A stretch of 51,128 nucleotides of DNA, from assembly GCA_038818725.1 (NCBI GenBank), contig JAWAYL010000005.1:1-51128 (forward strand). The letters run 5' to 3'. Below the pieces are notes generated by a model, which made no database searches, had not been told where the DNA came from, and saw nothing but the letters and a program-made list of their open reading frames with translations. Numbering within the stretch: the stretch's first letter is position 1; every line of letters begins with the position of its first letter. Positions 9,938-19,086 of the stretch are shown here, piece by piece. This DNA is from Thermoplasmatota archaeon (GTDB taxonomy: Archaea; Thermoplasmatota; E2; UBA202; JdFR-43). The position numbers and the translations under genes are program-made.

Positions 9938-9965
9938 TTTATATACAATCAAATATTTAACTTTT
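9938..9965. promoter_or_regulatory. Overlapping divergent TATA boxes for gatD (+) and the tRNA-Gln/Glu pair (-)
   Basis: TTTATATA at 9938-9945 (+); AAAAG-TTAAATA at 9965-9954 (-); each 22-34 nt from its gene start. Confidence 0.5.
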
Positions 9966-9966
9966 G

Positions 9967-11196
9967 ATGGTTGAGCCAGGCGATTTGGTTGAAATAAGAA
10001 AAGGCGAGAGAATTTATAAAGGTATTGTTATGCCTCATCATTCTTTTAGTGGAAAAAATATAATGGTTATAAAGCTTGAAAATGGATACAATGTTGGAAT
10101 AAATATTAAAAATTGCGAGATAAGATTGATAGAGAAAGGGAGGAAAAAAGAAATTGAAAAAAAAGAAATTCCTTATTCAGAAGGAAAGCCGGAAATTGCA
10201 ATAGTTGGCACTGGAGGAACAATAGCTAGTTATGTTGATTATGAAACTGGAGCTGTTTATCCAGCAACGACAGCGGAAGAAATTGCATTTAGTGTGCCAG
10301 AAATATTTGAGATATGCAATATAGAAGCAAAAATATTGTTTCAGAAATTCAGTGAAAACATTAAGCCAAAAGATTGGGGAAAAATAGCAAGAGAAGTTGC
10401 TAAATTTTTAAATTCAGGGAAAAGAGGAGTTATAATCACACATGGAACTGATACAATGAGCTATACATCTACAGCACTTGCCTTTATGCTTAAAAATTTA
10501 AATGGACCGGTTGTTTTTACTGGCTCACAACGCTCTTCTGATAGGCCGAGTAGTGATGCATTCCTTAATATTATTTCTTCTGCAAAAGTTGCAGTTAGCG
10601 ATTTAGGAGAAGTTGTTGTTGTTATGCATAAAGATATATCTGGGGAAATAGCTATTCATAGGGCAACAAAAGTCAGGAAAATGCATTCATCGCGTAGAGA
10701 TGCTTTTGTTTCAATAAATTCAAAACCAATTGGCTATATAAGCGAGAACGTAATTTTTACAGAGCCATATAATAAAAGAAAAGAGGGGAAAGTTAAAGTT
10801 AAAGATAAATTAAATGAAAATGTTTGCCTTATTTACTATTATCCAGGACTGGATAGAGAATATTTTGAAAAAATTGTTGATGGAAAAGATGGAGTTGTTA
10901 TTGCTGGCACAGGTTTAGGACATGTAAATGAAGAAATAATAAAGGGAATAAAAAAACTTACATCAAAAGGCATTCCTGTTGTTATGACAACTCAATGCTT
11001 TTGGGGAAGTGTAAATTTAAATGTTTATGCTACTGGAAGAAAATTGATTAAAGCAGGTGTTATTGATGGAAAAGATATGCTTCCAGAAGTAGCATATATA
11101 AAGCTAATGTGGGTGTTAAAAAATGAGGAAAATGTAGAGGAAGCAATGAAAAGAAATATTGCAGGTGAAATATCTGAAAGAAGAAGCTTGATTTAA
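9967..11196 (+). CDS. gatD: Glutamyl-tRNA(Gln) amidotransferase subunit D
   Basis: N-terminal KLENGYNVG domain plus asparaginase motifs TGGTIAS.VDY.TG, HGTDT, SQRSSDRPSSD, KMHSSRRDAF. Confidence 0.95.
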   Translation: MVEPGDLVEIRKGERIYKGIVMPHHSFSGKNIMVIKLENGYNVGINIKNCEIRLIEKGRKKEIEKKEIPYSEGKPEIAIVGTGGTIASYVDYETGAVYPATTAEEIAFSVPEIFEICNIEAKILFQKFSENIKPKDWGKIAREVAKFLNSGKRGVIITHGTDTMSYTSTALAFMLKNLNGPVVFTGSQRSSDRPSSDAFLNIISSAKVAVSDLGEVVVVMHKDISGEIAIHRATKVRKMHSSRRDAFVSINSKPIGYISENVIFTEPYNKRKEGKVKVKDKLNENVCLIYYYPGLDREYFEKIVDGKDGVVIAGTGLGHVNEEIIKGIKKLTSKGIPVVMTTQCFWGSVNLNVYATGRKLIKAGVIDGKDMLPEVAYIKLMWVLKNEENVEEAMKRNIAGEISERRSLI

Positions 11197-12035
11197 TATT
11201 TTTCCCATAATTCATTTCTTCTAGCTTCAAGCATTGTATTTTTTAATCCATTCCATTCAGCAAATGTTTTTATTCTCTTGCTATATGTTTCATAAAGTAT
11301 TTTCATTCTCTTTTTATAATCAATATCTCTTAGCAGGTGATGATCAAGTATAAGCTCGCAATCAGTTTTCTCCATTATTTCAATTAAATTTTTTTCCGCT
11401 TTTTCTAAATTCTTCATAGAAAATTTCCATCCTAAGAAATAGGAAGGTGGTCCATCCATTATAAGAAGCTGTGGATTTTCCTCTATTATATAATCTTTTG
11501 CCTTTTCATAAACTGGGCCTTGAACATCTGATGCAAATAAAATTTTTTCATTTTCTTCTATACTCACCATAATTACATATCCTACAATTGCTCCTTCCGG
11601 CCCATGAGGGAAAGGAGGAGAGAATTTTATCTCAAATTCGCCTTCACTATATTTATTTCCATCGCAATAAATTATTTTAGCTTTCTCATTGAAAATATGA
11701 TGAAAATAGCCTCCCCTTTCCTGCTGGCTTCTGTTGATAAAGGTGTCTATCCTTTTAGCGTATATTTTTTTTCCTAAATAAAAGCTTTCTTCTGGATCAT
11801 AATGATCATAATGATAATGAGTTATTACAAAAATATCGCAATTTGATGCTATTTCTCTTATTTTCCTTTTCGCTTCATAAAGAGCATCTATTTCAATCTC
11901 ATGAGGAGGAAGCCCATAGCGGGAAGGGCCGAGGGCGGCAGAAGCATCTATAAAAATTCTTTTTTTATTAATCTCAACAAGAGTTGCCATTGAACGAACG
12001 CCCATTGAATCTGAGAAAAGAGGTATAACCTTCAT
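11193..12035 (-). CDS. MBL-fold metallohydrolase (UPF0282-like)
   Basis: DSMGVRSMAT, RYGLPPH, THYHYDH, SDVQGP, DHHLLRD; the ORF-track extension to 12095 runs into the MITE and is not real. Confidence 0.85.
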   Translation of the reverse strand: MKVIPLFSDSMGVRSMATLVEINKKRIFIDASAALGPSRYGLPPHEIEIDALYEAKRKIREIASNCDIFVITHYHYDHYDPEESFYLGKKIYAKRIDTFINRSQQERGGYFHHIFNEKAKIIYCDGNKYSEGEFEIKFSPPFPHGPEGAIVGYVIMVSIEENEKILFASDVQGPVYEKAKDYIIEENPQLLIMDGPPSYFLGWKFSMKNLEKAEKNLIEIMEKTDCELILDHHLLRDIDYKKRMKILYETYSKRIKTFAEWNGLKNTMLEARRNELWEKY

Positions 12036-12080
12036 TGTAAATATATAAATTATTAAATAAATTTTTTTTGAAACATTCTT

Positions 12081-12326
12081 TGGCAGTGTCAACAAATTTT
12101 CACCTCCAGGTTATAAAGGACTACGAAAGCAATTAGCCATCTTTCGACGCTTTCCTTTGATGCATTTGAAGGGAAGCGTTTCCAACTTAATTTCTATCTT
12201 TTTTATCCCAACGAAAAAATATTTTTCTCTCTAACTAATTCTAATAATTGTTGTAGCATCCCTCCTGAAAAAGAGTCAGGAGGGGTAGTTCTTATTTTTT
12301 AAATTTTCAAATTCTTGACACTACCA
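12081..12326 (-). mobile_element. MITE: internally deleted IS6-family element
   Basis: TIRs TGGCAGTGTCAACAAATTT and (reverse complement) TGGTAGTGTCAAGAATTT; flanking direct repeat CATTCTT (12074-12080 / 12327-12333); minus strand keeps the transposase N-terminus MLQQLLELVREKNIF and C-terminus WKRFPSNASKESVERWLIAFVVLYN. Confidence 0.85.
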
Positions 12327-12378
12327 CATTCTTGAACAAAAAATTTTTATAAAGAAAAAAGATAATTAAGGGGATAAG

Positions 12379-12957
12379 ATGAGTAAATTAGGAAATGCAA
12401 AAATTTTAGGAGGCATTGGGGCAATATTGACATTGATAGGAAGCTTTTCCGCAATTCTTGCAATTATTGGACTTATAATGCTTTTTATAGCGGTAAAATA
12501 TGTTGCTGAAGAAGCAAAAGACGAGAGCATATTCAGAAATTATCTACTGTATTTCATTTTTTCTTTAGTAGCAATAATTGCTGCAATTTCAATAATATTT
12601 ATTTCAATTGGCTGGAATATATTCAATTTTACAAAAATTGTTCAGGAAATGGCTGAAGAGGCGCAGCATGGCGCAATAGAGGGAATAATGAAATTTTTTG
12701 CAGGAATTATAATTGCATTAATTGTTGCATGGATTCTTATGATTCTTGCATCAATTTATATCAGAAAAAGTTATAACAAAATAGCTGAATATAGCAAAGT
12801 TGATTTATTCAGAACAACAGGAACGTTATACTTTATAGGAGCGATAACCGTGATCATAATTGTTGGATTAATAATAATTCTTATTGCAAAAATTCTTGAA
12901 ATTGTTTCATTCTTCTCATTGCCAGAAGAGATTACAAAGAGTGAGGTTGTGCAGTAA
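12379..12957 (+). CDS. DUF996 family membrane protein
   Basis: AK.LGGIGAIL, S.V.LFRT.G.LY.IGA, I..FFSLP pattern; multi-TM. Confidence 0.85.
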   Translation: MSKLGNAKILGGIGAILTLIGSFSAILAIIGLIMLFIAVKYVAEEAKDESIFRNYLLYFIFSLVAIIAAISIIFISIGWNIFNFTKIVQEMAEEAQHGAIEGIMKFFAGIIIALIVAWILMILASIYIRKSYNKIAEYSKVDLFRTTGTLYFIGAITVIIIVGLIIILIAKILEIVSFFSLPEEITKSEVVQ

Positions 12958-13124
12958 ATTCTTGCAATTATTGGACTTATAATGCTGTCTTATTTCTGGT
13001 AGCAATTAGTGATACAGGGCAGAAATCGAGGAGATTGTGAGAGGATTTTTTGCAATTGTTGCCAAAGTTGATTTCTTGAAATTGTTTCATTCTTCTCATT
13101 GTCAGAAGAGATTACAAAGAGTGA
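12957..13124 (+). repeat. Collapsed partial duplicate of the DUF996 gene
   Basis: 12957-12986 = 12453-12482 (30/30); 13073-13124 = 12893-12944 (51/52); shorter collinear matches between them. Confidence 0.9.
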
Positions 13125-13183
13125 ATGCATTTGTAAAAATCATTAATGTTATATATATCCAAGTAATTAGCTTTGGGGAAGGG

Positions 13184-16100
13184 ATGTACATAAAATGCAT
13201 TACGCTTGAAAACTTTAAATCATTTGGAAGCAAAATTAGCATACCATTTCTTCCAGGATTTACAGCCATTACTGGACCAAATGGTTCGGGAAAATCAAAT
13301 ATAGTAGATGCTATCCTGTTTTTACTTGGCATAAGAAGCCCTAAAATGATAAGGGCGGAAAGATTAGTTGACTTGATATATAAAGGGAATAAAGATGCAA
13401 ATTATTGCAAAGTTTCAATTGTTTTTGATAACTCATCAAGAAGAATACCAATTGATAGCGATGAAATTGTTCTTACAAGAAAAATAAAAATTTCTCCTTT
13501 GCCAGATAATCCCTTGAATTTTTACAGCTATTTCTATATAAATGGAAAATCTGCTTCACTTAATGAATTCATTGATTTGCTTTCTTCCGCTCATATCTTC
13601 CCAACTTGTATAGTTCAGCAGGGAGACGTAACTTCTATAGTTGAAATGGGAGATTTTGAGAGAAGAAAATTAATAGATGAAATAGCGGGTATAGCTGATT
13701 TTGATAGAGACATAGAGAAGGCAAAAAAGGAAAGAGAGGAAGCAGAGAAAAACATGGAACATATATCAATTGTTATGGATGAAATAAAAAAGCAGCTAAA
13801 ACAGCTTAAAAAAGAAAAGGATGAGGCAATAAAGTATAGAGAAAAAATAGAGGAGTTAAATAAAATGAGAGAAATGCTTTCTTACAAAAAGAGAATTGAA
13901 ATAGAAAAAGAGATAAAAGAAATTCAGAAGCAGATAGATTATTATGAAAAAGAAAAAATAAATAATGAAAAAGAGCTTTCTGATTTAAGAAAAAAATATA
14001 AAGAAAAGCAGATAGCTTTTCAGGAGATAGAAAATAAATTGATAGAGCTGGGTGGTGAGGAAATTTTAAAAATAAAGGAAAAGATAGATTTTTTCAGAGA
14101 GGAAAATATAAAGGCGAAAGAAAAAATAAATTATTATAGGAAAGAAATTGCAGAAAAGAGAGGAGAGATACAACAGATAAAGGGATTAATTGATAAAATA
14201 TCTAAGGAGGAGAAAAAATGTGAAAATGCGATAGAAAATATTAAAAAGGAAATTGATAAAATAGATAGAGAAATTTTTTTAAAGGAAAAAGAAGTTTCTC
14301 AAATAAAAGCGGAAATTGAAAAAACAGATGAAAAAACTATTTTTTTGAGCAGAGAAATTGCAAAAATAAAAAAAGAGATGGAAAAGGCAAAAGAAGATAT
14401 GCATCTTTTGTTGCTCGAAAGAGATAGATTGATTCAGCAAAGAGATGGTTTATTAACAAAATTCAATGAATTAATTAACAATAAAAACAATTTTGATATT
14501 GAGTTAAAAGAATTAAAAATGGAGATAATTGAATTACAGAGAATTGAGAAGGAAAGGAAAAACAAAAAAGAACAATTAGAGAAAAATCTTTTTGAGAAGA
14601 AGAAGGAAGAAGCAAATATAGGAGAAAAGCTCAGAGAAGTTGAGAGGGAAATATTGAAAGTGCAAAGGGATCTTTCGAAACTAAAATTAAGCGAAGATAC
14701 CTCTTTATCACCCTCAACAAAAGAAATTTTAAGATTGAGAGACGAGGGCATAATAAAAGGGATACATGGCACCATAGCAGAGCTTGTAAAAGTAGATGAA
14801 AAATATAAAAAGGCTATAGAAGTTGCGGCGGGCAAGCGGGCGGAAGCGGTGGTTGTGGAAACCGATGAGATTGCGGCTAAATGCATTGATTATCTAAAGA
14901 AAAATGATTATGGAAGAGTTACTTTTTTACCTTTAAATAAGATGATTGCAGGGAAACCCAGAGGAAAAGCTTTGCTTGTTATAAGAAATGAAAATGTTCT
15001 TGGTTTTGCAATGGACCTTATATCTTATGATAAAAAATATGAAGCAGCGATATGGTATGTGCTCGGCGATACAATTGTAGTTAATAATCTTGATACAGCA
15101 CGCTCATTAATGGGTGGAATAAAGATGGTGACTCTTGATGGCGAACTTGTAGAACCATCCGGAGCAATTACCGGAGGAAGCTTGCCAAAAAGCGGGCTTT
15201 TTGAAATTTGTGACCTAAGAAAGAGCATGGAACTAAAATATAAACTAAGCGAACTAACCAGGGAGCAAGAAGAGCTAACAAATGCATTGATAAAAATAAA
15301 GGAAGAAATTGGGAAAATAGATAATGAATTAAAAATTTTACCCGATTATAAAATAGAAGAAATTGAAAAATGCGAAGTAAGGAAAAGGGAAATAGAAGGT
15401 AAATTAAAGGTAATAAATGATGAATTAAAGAAATTGGAAAATGAATTAAATAGGATTAATAGCGTTGTGGCTTCTTATGAAGAAAAAATAAGGGAAAAGC
15501 AGAATGAAATAAGTCAGCTTGAAGAGTTAAAGAAAAGAAAAGAAGAGGAAGTAATAAACTTGGCAAGTGAGGAAAAAATCAGTAGAATAAATATAATAAA
15601 AGAAGAAATTGAAAAATTAAAAGAAGAGAGTAGAAATCTTATTGCTAATTTAAGAGGAAAAGAAAAAGAAAAAGAAGTTATTTTATCCCAAAGAAATGAA
15701 ATGGAGAAAAAGCTTTCTGAAAATGAAATAAAATTAAAGGAAATGGAAGAAGAATTAATTGAAGAAGAGAAAAGATACGAAGAGAGCGGAAAAGAGATAA
15801 AGGCATATGAAGAAATTGAGAAAAAAATTGTTTCAAAGACAAAAGGATTAAGCGAAGAAAGAGATAAGCTTTATAAGGAAATTATTGAAATTGAAAAATT
15901 AATTGATAATTTATCAACAAAAATGGAGGCAACAATTGATATAATATCAAAAACTAAAGCAAGATTACCATCGCTTGAAAGTGCTCTTTCAGAGATAATA
16001 GACATAAAGTACGAATTTAAGGAAGAGGAACTTTTATCAATTGATGAAATAAAAAAGAGGATAAAGGAATTAGAAGAAGTTATTCAAAAAATGGAACCTA

Positions 16101-16705
16101 TTAATATGAAAGCTCTTGAAGAATATGAAAAACAAGAGGAAAGAAAGAAAAAATTTGAAGAAGATTATAACAGGCTTAAGGAGCAGAGAGATAATCTAAT
16201 AAAACTTGAGGAGGAAATAAAGAAGAGGAAGAATGAAAAATTTTATGAAGTATTTAATGAAATAAGGAAAAATTTCATAAGAATATATCACGATTTAAGC
16301 GATGCAGAAGGTGATTTAATTCTCCAAAATCCTGAAAATCCTTTTGAGGGGGGCTTAACAATAAAAGTTAAAAAGAATGGAAAAACAATGAATTTGTATT
16401 CTCTCTCTGGAGGAGAAAAAAGCATCGCATCTCTTGCATTTATATTTTCTATGCAGGCGTATCAGCCGTCGCCATTCTATATCTTAGATGAAATTGACAT
16501 GTTTCTTGATGAAAAAAATGCGGAAAAAATAGCAAAAATGATTCTTTCAAACTCTTCCTTTGTCCAGTTTATTGTTGTATCCCTAAGAAGAGTTACAATA
16601 AAAAATGCAAACCATATTTATGGAGTTACTATTTCAAATGGTGTGTCAACAATTGTTGGAAATGTAAATATAAAAGAAGTAGAAAAAATGGCTGAGATAA
16701 AATGA
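13184..16705 (+). CDS. smc: Chromosome segregation protein SMC
   Basis: LENFKSF, GPNGSGKSN Walker A, coiled coils, hinge GxxGxxxEL/G..TGG, LSGGEK signature, LDEID; true start at ATG 13184 (MYIK). Confidence 0.96.
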   Translation: MYIKCITLENFKSFGSKISIPFLPGFTAITGPNGSGKSNIVDAILFLLGIRSPKMIRAERLVDLIYKGNKDANYCKVSIVFDNSSRRIPIDSDEIVLTRKIKISPLPDNPLNFYSYFYINGKSASLNEFIDLLSSAHIFPTCIVQQGDVTSIVEMGDFERRKLIDEIAGIADFDRDIEKAKKEREEAEKNMEHISIVMDEIKKQLKQLKKEKDEAIKYREKIEELNKMREMLSYKKRIEIEKEIKEIQKQIDYYEKEKINNEKELSDLRKKYKEKQIAFQEIENKLIELGGEEILKIKEKIDFFREENIKAKEKINYYRKEIAEKRGEIQQIKGLIDKISKEEKKCENAIENIKKEIDKIDREIFLKEKEVSQIKAEIEKTDEKTIFLSREIAKIKKEMEKAKEDMHLLLLERDRLIQQRDGLLTKFNELINNKNNFDIELKELKMEIIELQRIEKERKNKKEQLEKNLFEKKKEEANIGEKLREVEREILKVQRDLSKLKLSEDTSLSPSTKEILRLRDEGIIKGIHGTIAELVKVDEKYKKAIEVAAGKRAEAVVVETDEIAAKCIDYLKKNDYGRVTFLPLNKMIAGKPRGKALLVIRNENVLGFAMDLISYDKKYEAAIWYVLGDTIVVNNLDTARSLMGGIKMVTLDGELVEPSGAITGGSLPKSGLFEICDLRKSMELKYKLSELTREQEELTNALIKIKEEIGKIDNELKILPDYKIEEIEKCEVRKREIEGKLKVINDELKKLENELNRINSVVASYEEKIREKQNEISQLEELKKRKEEEVINLASEEKISRINIIKEEIEKLKEESRNLIANLRGKEKEKEVILSQRNEMEKKLSENEIKLKEMEEELIEEEKRYEESGKEIKAYEEIEKKIVSKTKGLSEERDKLYKEIIEIEKLIDNLSTKMEATIDIISKTKARLPSLESALSEIIDIKYEFKEEELLSIDEIKKRIKELEEVIQKMEPINMKALEEYEKQEERKKKFEEDYNRLKEQRDNLIKLEEEIKKRKNEKFYEVFNEIRKNFIRIYHDLSDAEGDLILQNPENPFEGGLTIKVKKNGKTMNLYSLSGGEKSIASLAFIFSMQAYQPSPFYILDEIDMFLDEKNAEKIAKMILSNSSFVQFIVVSLRRVTIKNANHIYGVTISNGVSTIVGNVNIKEVEKMAEIK

Positions 16706-17475
16706 AAGAGGAATTAATAAACCAACTAATAAAAAATAAAGAAGCGTTTAAAGGAGATATTCAACACTATATAGAAATAATAGAGAAAAAAGTTTTTATT
16801 AACAATCAGTTTGATAGAGCGATAGCTATACTATTTGAATTAGTTATTGAAAATGAAATAGATCCATTGAATGTCGATTTAATATATTTCTCAAATTTAT
16901 ATATCAAAAAAGTAAAGAAGGAAGGAATAGATCTTTTTGTGGCTGGTAAAATAATTTCTATGGCTTGGAAAATTTTAAGGTTGCAGAGCGAAAAAATTAT
17001 AGAAAATATTGAAAGAAAAGAAATTGAAATTGATGTGCCTGAATGGTATGGAGATGATGAAATATTCTATTTCACGCAAAGGGTTATTAAAGATGAAATT
17101 CCGTTGGATGCGAAGATAAGAAGATGCCCATCCGTTAGAGTTACATTATTTGACTTAATAAATGCTTTTGAAGAAGCAAGAAATGAAATTGAAAAAAGAG
17201 TAAAGATTAAAAAAATCGAAAAAGAAATAAATAATTTAGTCCCTCCAAAAGAACATCTTCATAAAGAAGATATTGAAGAAGATATAAAAAAACTGATGAA
17301 AAAATTAAGCAAGTTAAATGGAAAAGCAATTCCTCTTAAGAGTCTTTGCTCAGGTGAGGATATGGTTTCAATATTTTTACCTCTTCTTTTCCTTGCAAAG
17401 GAAGAAAAAATAATTATATGGCAGGAAAATTTTCCTTTTGGAGAAATATATATAAGGATGAAACATGGAAGTTAA
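16702..17475 (+). CDS. scpA: Kleisin ScpA
   Basis: IDP.NVDL, RVTL.DLI.A, FLPLLFL, WQE.FPFGEI; overlaps the smc stop. Confidence 0.88.
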   Translation: MKEELINQLIKNKEAFKGDIQHYIEIIEKKVFINNQFDRAIAILFELVIENEIDPLNVDLIYFSNLYIKKVKKEGIDLFVAGKIISMAWKILRLQSEKIIENIERKEIEIDVPEWYGDDEIFYFTQRVIKDEIPLDAKIRRCPSVRVTLFDLINAFEEARNEIEKRVKIKKIEKEINNLVPPKEHLHKEDIEEDIKKLMKKLSKLNGKAIPLKSLCSGEDMVSIFLPLLFLAKEEKIIIWQENFPFGEIYIRMKHGS

Positions 17476-17953
17476 AAAGGTTATAGAAGCAATACTATTT
17501 GCTTCTGGTAAATTAGTAAGCAAAGAGGATATAAAAAAATTTTTTTTGTTTAAGGACAAGGAAATAGAAGACGCGATAATGCAATTAAAAGAGCAATATA
17601 AAGATTCAGCAATAGAAATTATTGAAAGTGAAAACAGATATGCGATGCAAGTAAGGGATAGATATGTTGAATATACGAAGAAGTTTGCACCACTAGAAAT
17701 ACCAAAAAATTTGCTCAAAACTCTTTCAATAATAGCATATCATCAACCAATAAAGCAATCAGATTTGAGAAAAATTTTAGGGGAGAAGGTATATGAACAT
17801 ATTAAGGAACTACAGAAAAAGGGTTTTTTAAAACTGCACGATCATGGAAGAACAAAAATAATAGAAACCTCCCAATTTTTCTATGATTATTTTGGATTTG
17901 ATAAAAAAGATAAGGAAAAAATAAAGAAATCACTTTATGAAAGAATTAGCTAG
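17465..17953 (+). CDS. scpB: SMC-Scp complex subunit ScpB
   Basis: [30 protein letters not shown]. Confidence 0.93.
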   Translation: MEVKKVIEAILFASGKLVSKEDIKKFFLFKDKEIEDAIMQLKEQYKDSAIEIIESENRYAMQVRDRYVEYTKKFAPLEIPKNLLKTLSIIAYHQPIKQSDLRKILGEKVYEHIKELQKKGFLKLHDHGRTKIIETSQFFYDYFGFDKKDKEKIKKSLYERIS

Positions 17954-18258
17954 CCAAAAAGGGCTCCCAAACCAGCAGCTATTTCTTCCTCGCTGATCTT
18001 CTTTTCCTCTTCTTTCTTTTCTTCTTTCTTTTCCTCTTTCTTTTCTTCGGGCGCTGCCGGCGGTGCTGCCATTATTGGCATTGAGGAAGCTTTTGATATT
18101 ATTTCATCTATATTTACTCCTTCAAGAGATGATGTCAGCGCCTTTATTTTTGCCTCATTTATCTCAACGCCAGCTGCTTGAAGCACCTTTTTCAAATTCT
18201 CTTCATTTATTTCCTTACCAGCTGCATGCAAGAGCATTGCTCCATATATATATTCCAT
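17950..18258 (-). CDS. rpl12: Ribosomal stalk protein P1 (L12)
   Basis: MEYIY..LLH, acidic hinge, [10 protein letters not shown]-terminus. Confidence 0.96.
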   Translation of the reverse strand: MEYIYGAMLLHAAGKEINEENLKKVLQAAGVEINEAKIKALTSSLEGVNIDEIISKASSMPIMAAPPAAPEEKKEEKKEEKKEEEKKISEEEIAAGLGALFG

Positions 18259-18261
18259 TTT

Positions 18262-19086
18262 TCAACCTCCGATTTTATTTTCTAATGCTTTAGCATGTAA
18301 ATATGCTCTATTTATAAATGCTTCTATTGTTTGTTTGGTATATATATTTCTTTCTATTGCCACATTATATGCAGAACTATAAGCTTTTATTATGAGCTGT
18401 GGCAGAACATCCTTCGCTGGATAGCAGATTTCAACAGCAAGATTAATTGCTTTTGCAGCACATGTCTGTATTTCTCCGATTATTTTGTTTAAGTCAACGG
18501 CAAGTATATCAGAGGTATATATTATACCGTTTTCAATAAACGCTTTTATTTTTAGCCCTATTTCAATTGGTTTTATATCAAGTTTTCCAAGAACTTGGGC
18601 AATTTGTGGAGGAATAACTTCTCCTTTTTTAACAAGAATAACATCTTTCTCTATAACTACCTTACCCTCTCTTATCGATGCAGGTATGCCAGCTTTTTGA
18701 AGCTCCCCAACTATTGGACCCGGCTTAAAATTTGTTTCCCCTTTTTTTATTACTATATCCTCGCTTGCAATTTCTCCTCCTTTTGCTGGCGCCCTAGTTC
18801 TGGCACCTTCTATAAGCTTGTAAAGTTTAAATGGGTTAAGATTTGAGGCAATTATTGCACTTTCACCTTCAATATAATCAGCAAGTTTTCCACTTCCATT
18901 TGATAGGGCTCTTTTTATAAGAGTATTTTTAGATACCTTTATTATAGCCTTTCCCCTCAAAATTTCTCTCATCTTTTGCATTTGATACGCAGGTATTCCT
19001 CTTACTCCAACAATTCCAACTACTTGATGTGATGATATTATATTTTTTATTTCCTCTACCTCCTTTATTTTCCAATCCGCTGGCAT
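18262..19086 (-). CDS. rplP0: Ribosomal protein uL10/P0, lacking the acidic C-terminal tail
   Basis: WK..EV, KNTL, NPFKL, APAKGG, T.FKPGP; three spine helices, then stop. Confidence 0.93.
   Translation of the reverse strand: MPADWKIKEVEEIKNIISSHQVVGIVGVRGIPAYQMQKMREILRGKAIIKVSKNTLIKRALSNGSGKLADYIEGESAIIASNLNPFKLYKLIEGARTRAPAKGGEIASEDIVIKKGETNFKPGPIVGELQKAGIPASIREGKVVIEKDVILVKKGEVIPPQIAQVLGKLDIKPIEIGLKIKAFIENGIIYTSDILAVDLNKIIGEIQTCAAKAINLAVEICYPAKDVLPQLIIKAYSSAYNVAIERNIYTKQTIEAFINRAYLHAKALENKIGG

Noticed and set aside
7733-9960. Short ORFs 7733-7915, 9693-9902 and 9775-9960
   Set aside because: They overlap tRNA genes (shadow ORFs)
12893-13124. Near-identical repeat pair as a DGR template/variable repeat
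   Set aside because: The single mismatch is C/T rather than at adenines, and no reverse transcriptase is present in the window
13037-13183. 49-aa N-terminal extension of SMC in the ORF track
   Set aside because: It is out-of-frame DUF996 duplicate plus promoter sequence; SMC homology starts at MYIK (13184)
13184-17953. smc-scpAB as a Wadjet/MksBEF defence system
   Set aside because: Canonical SMC hinge and ScpA/ScpB motifs; no JetD
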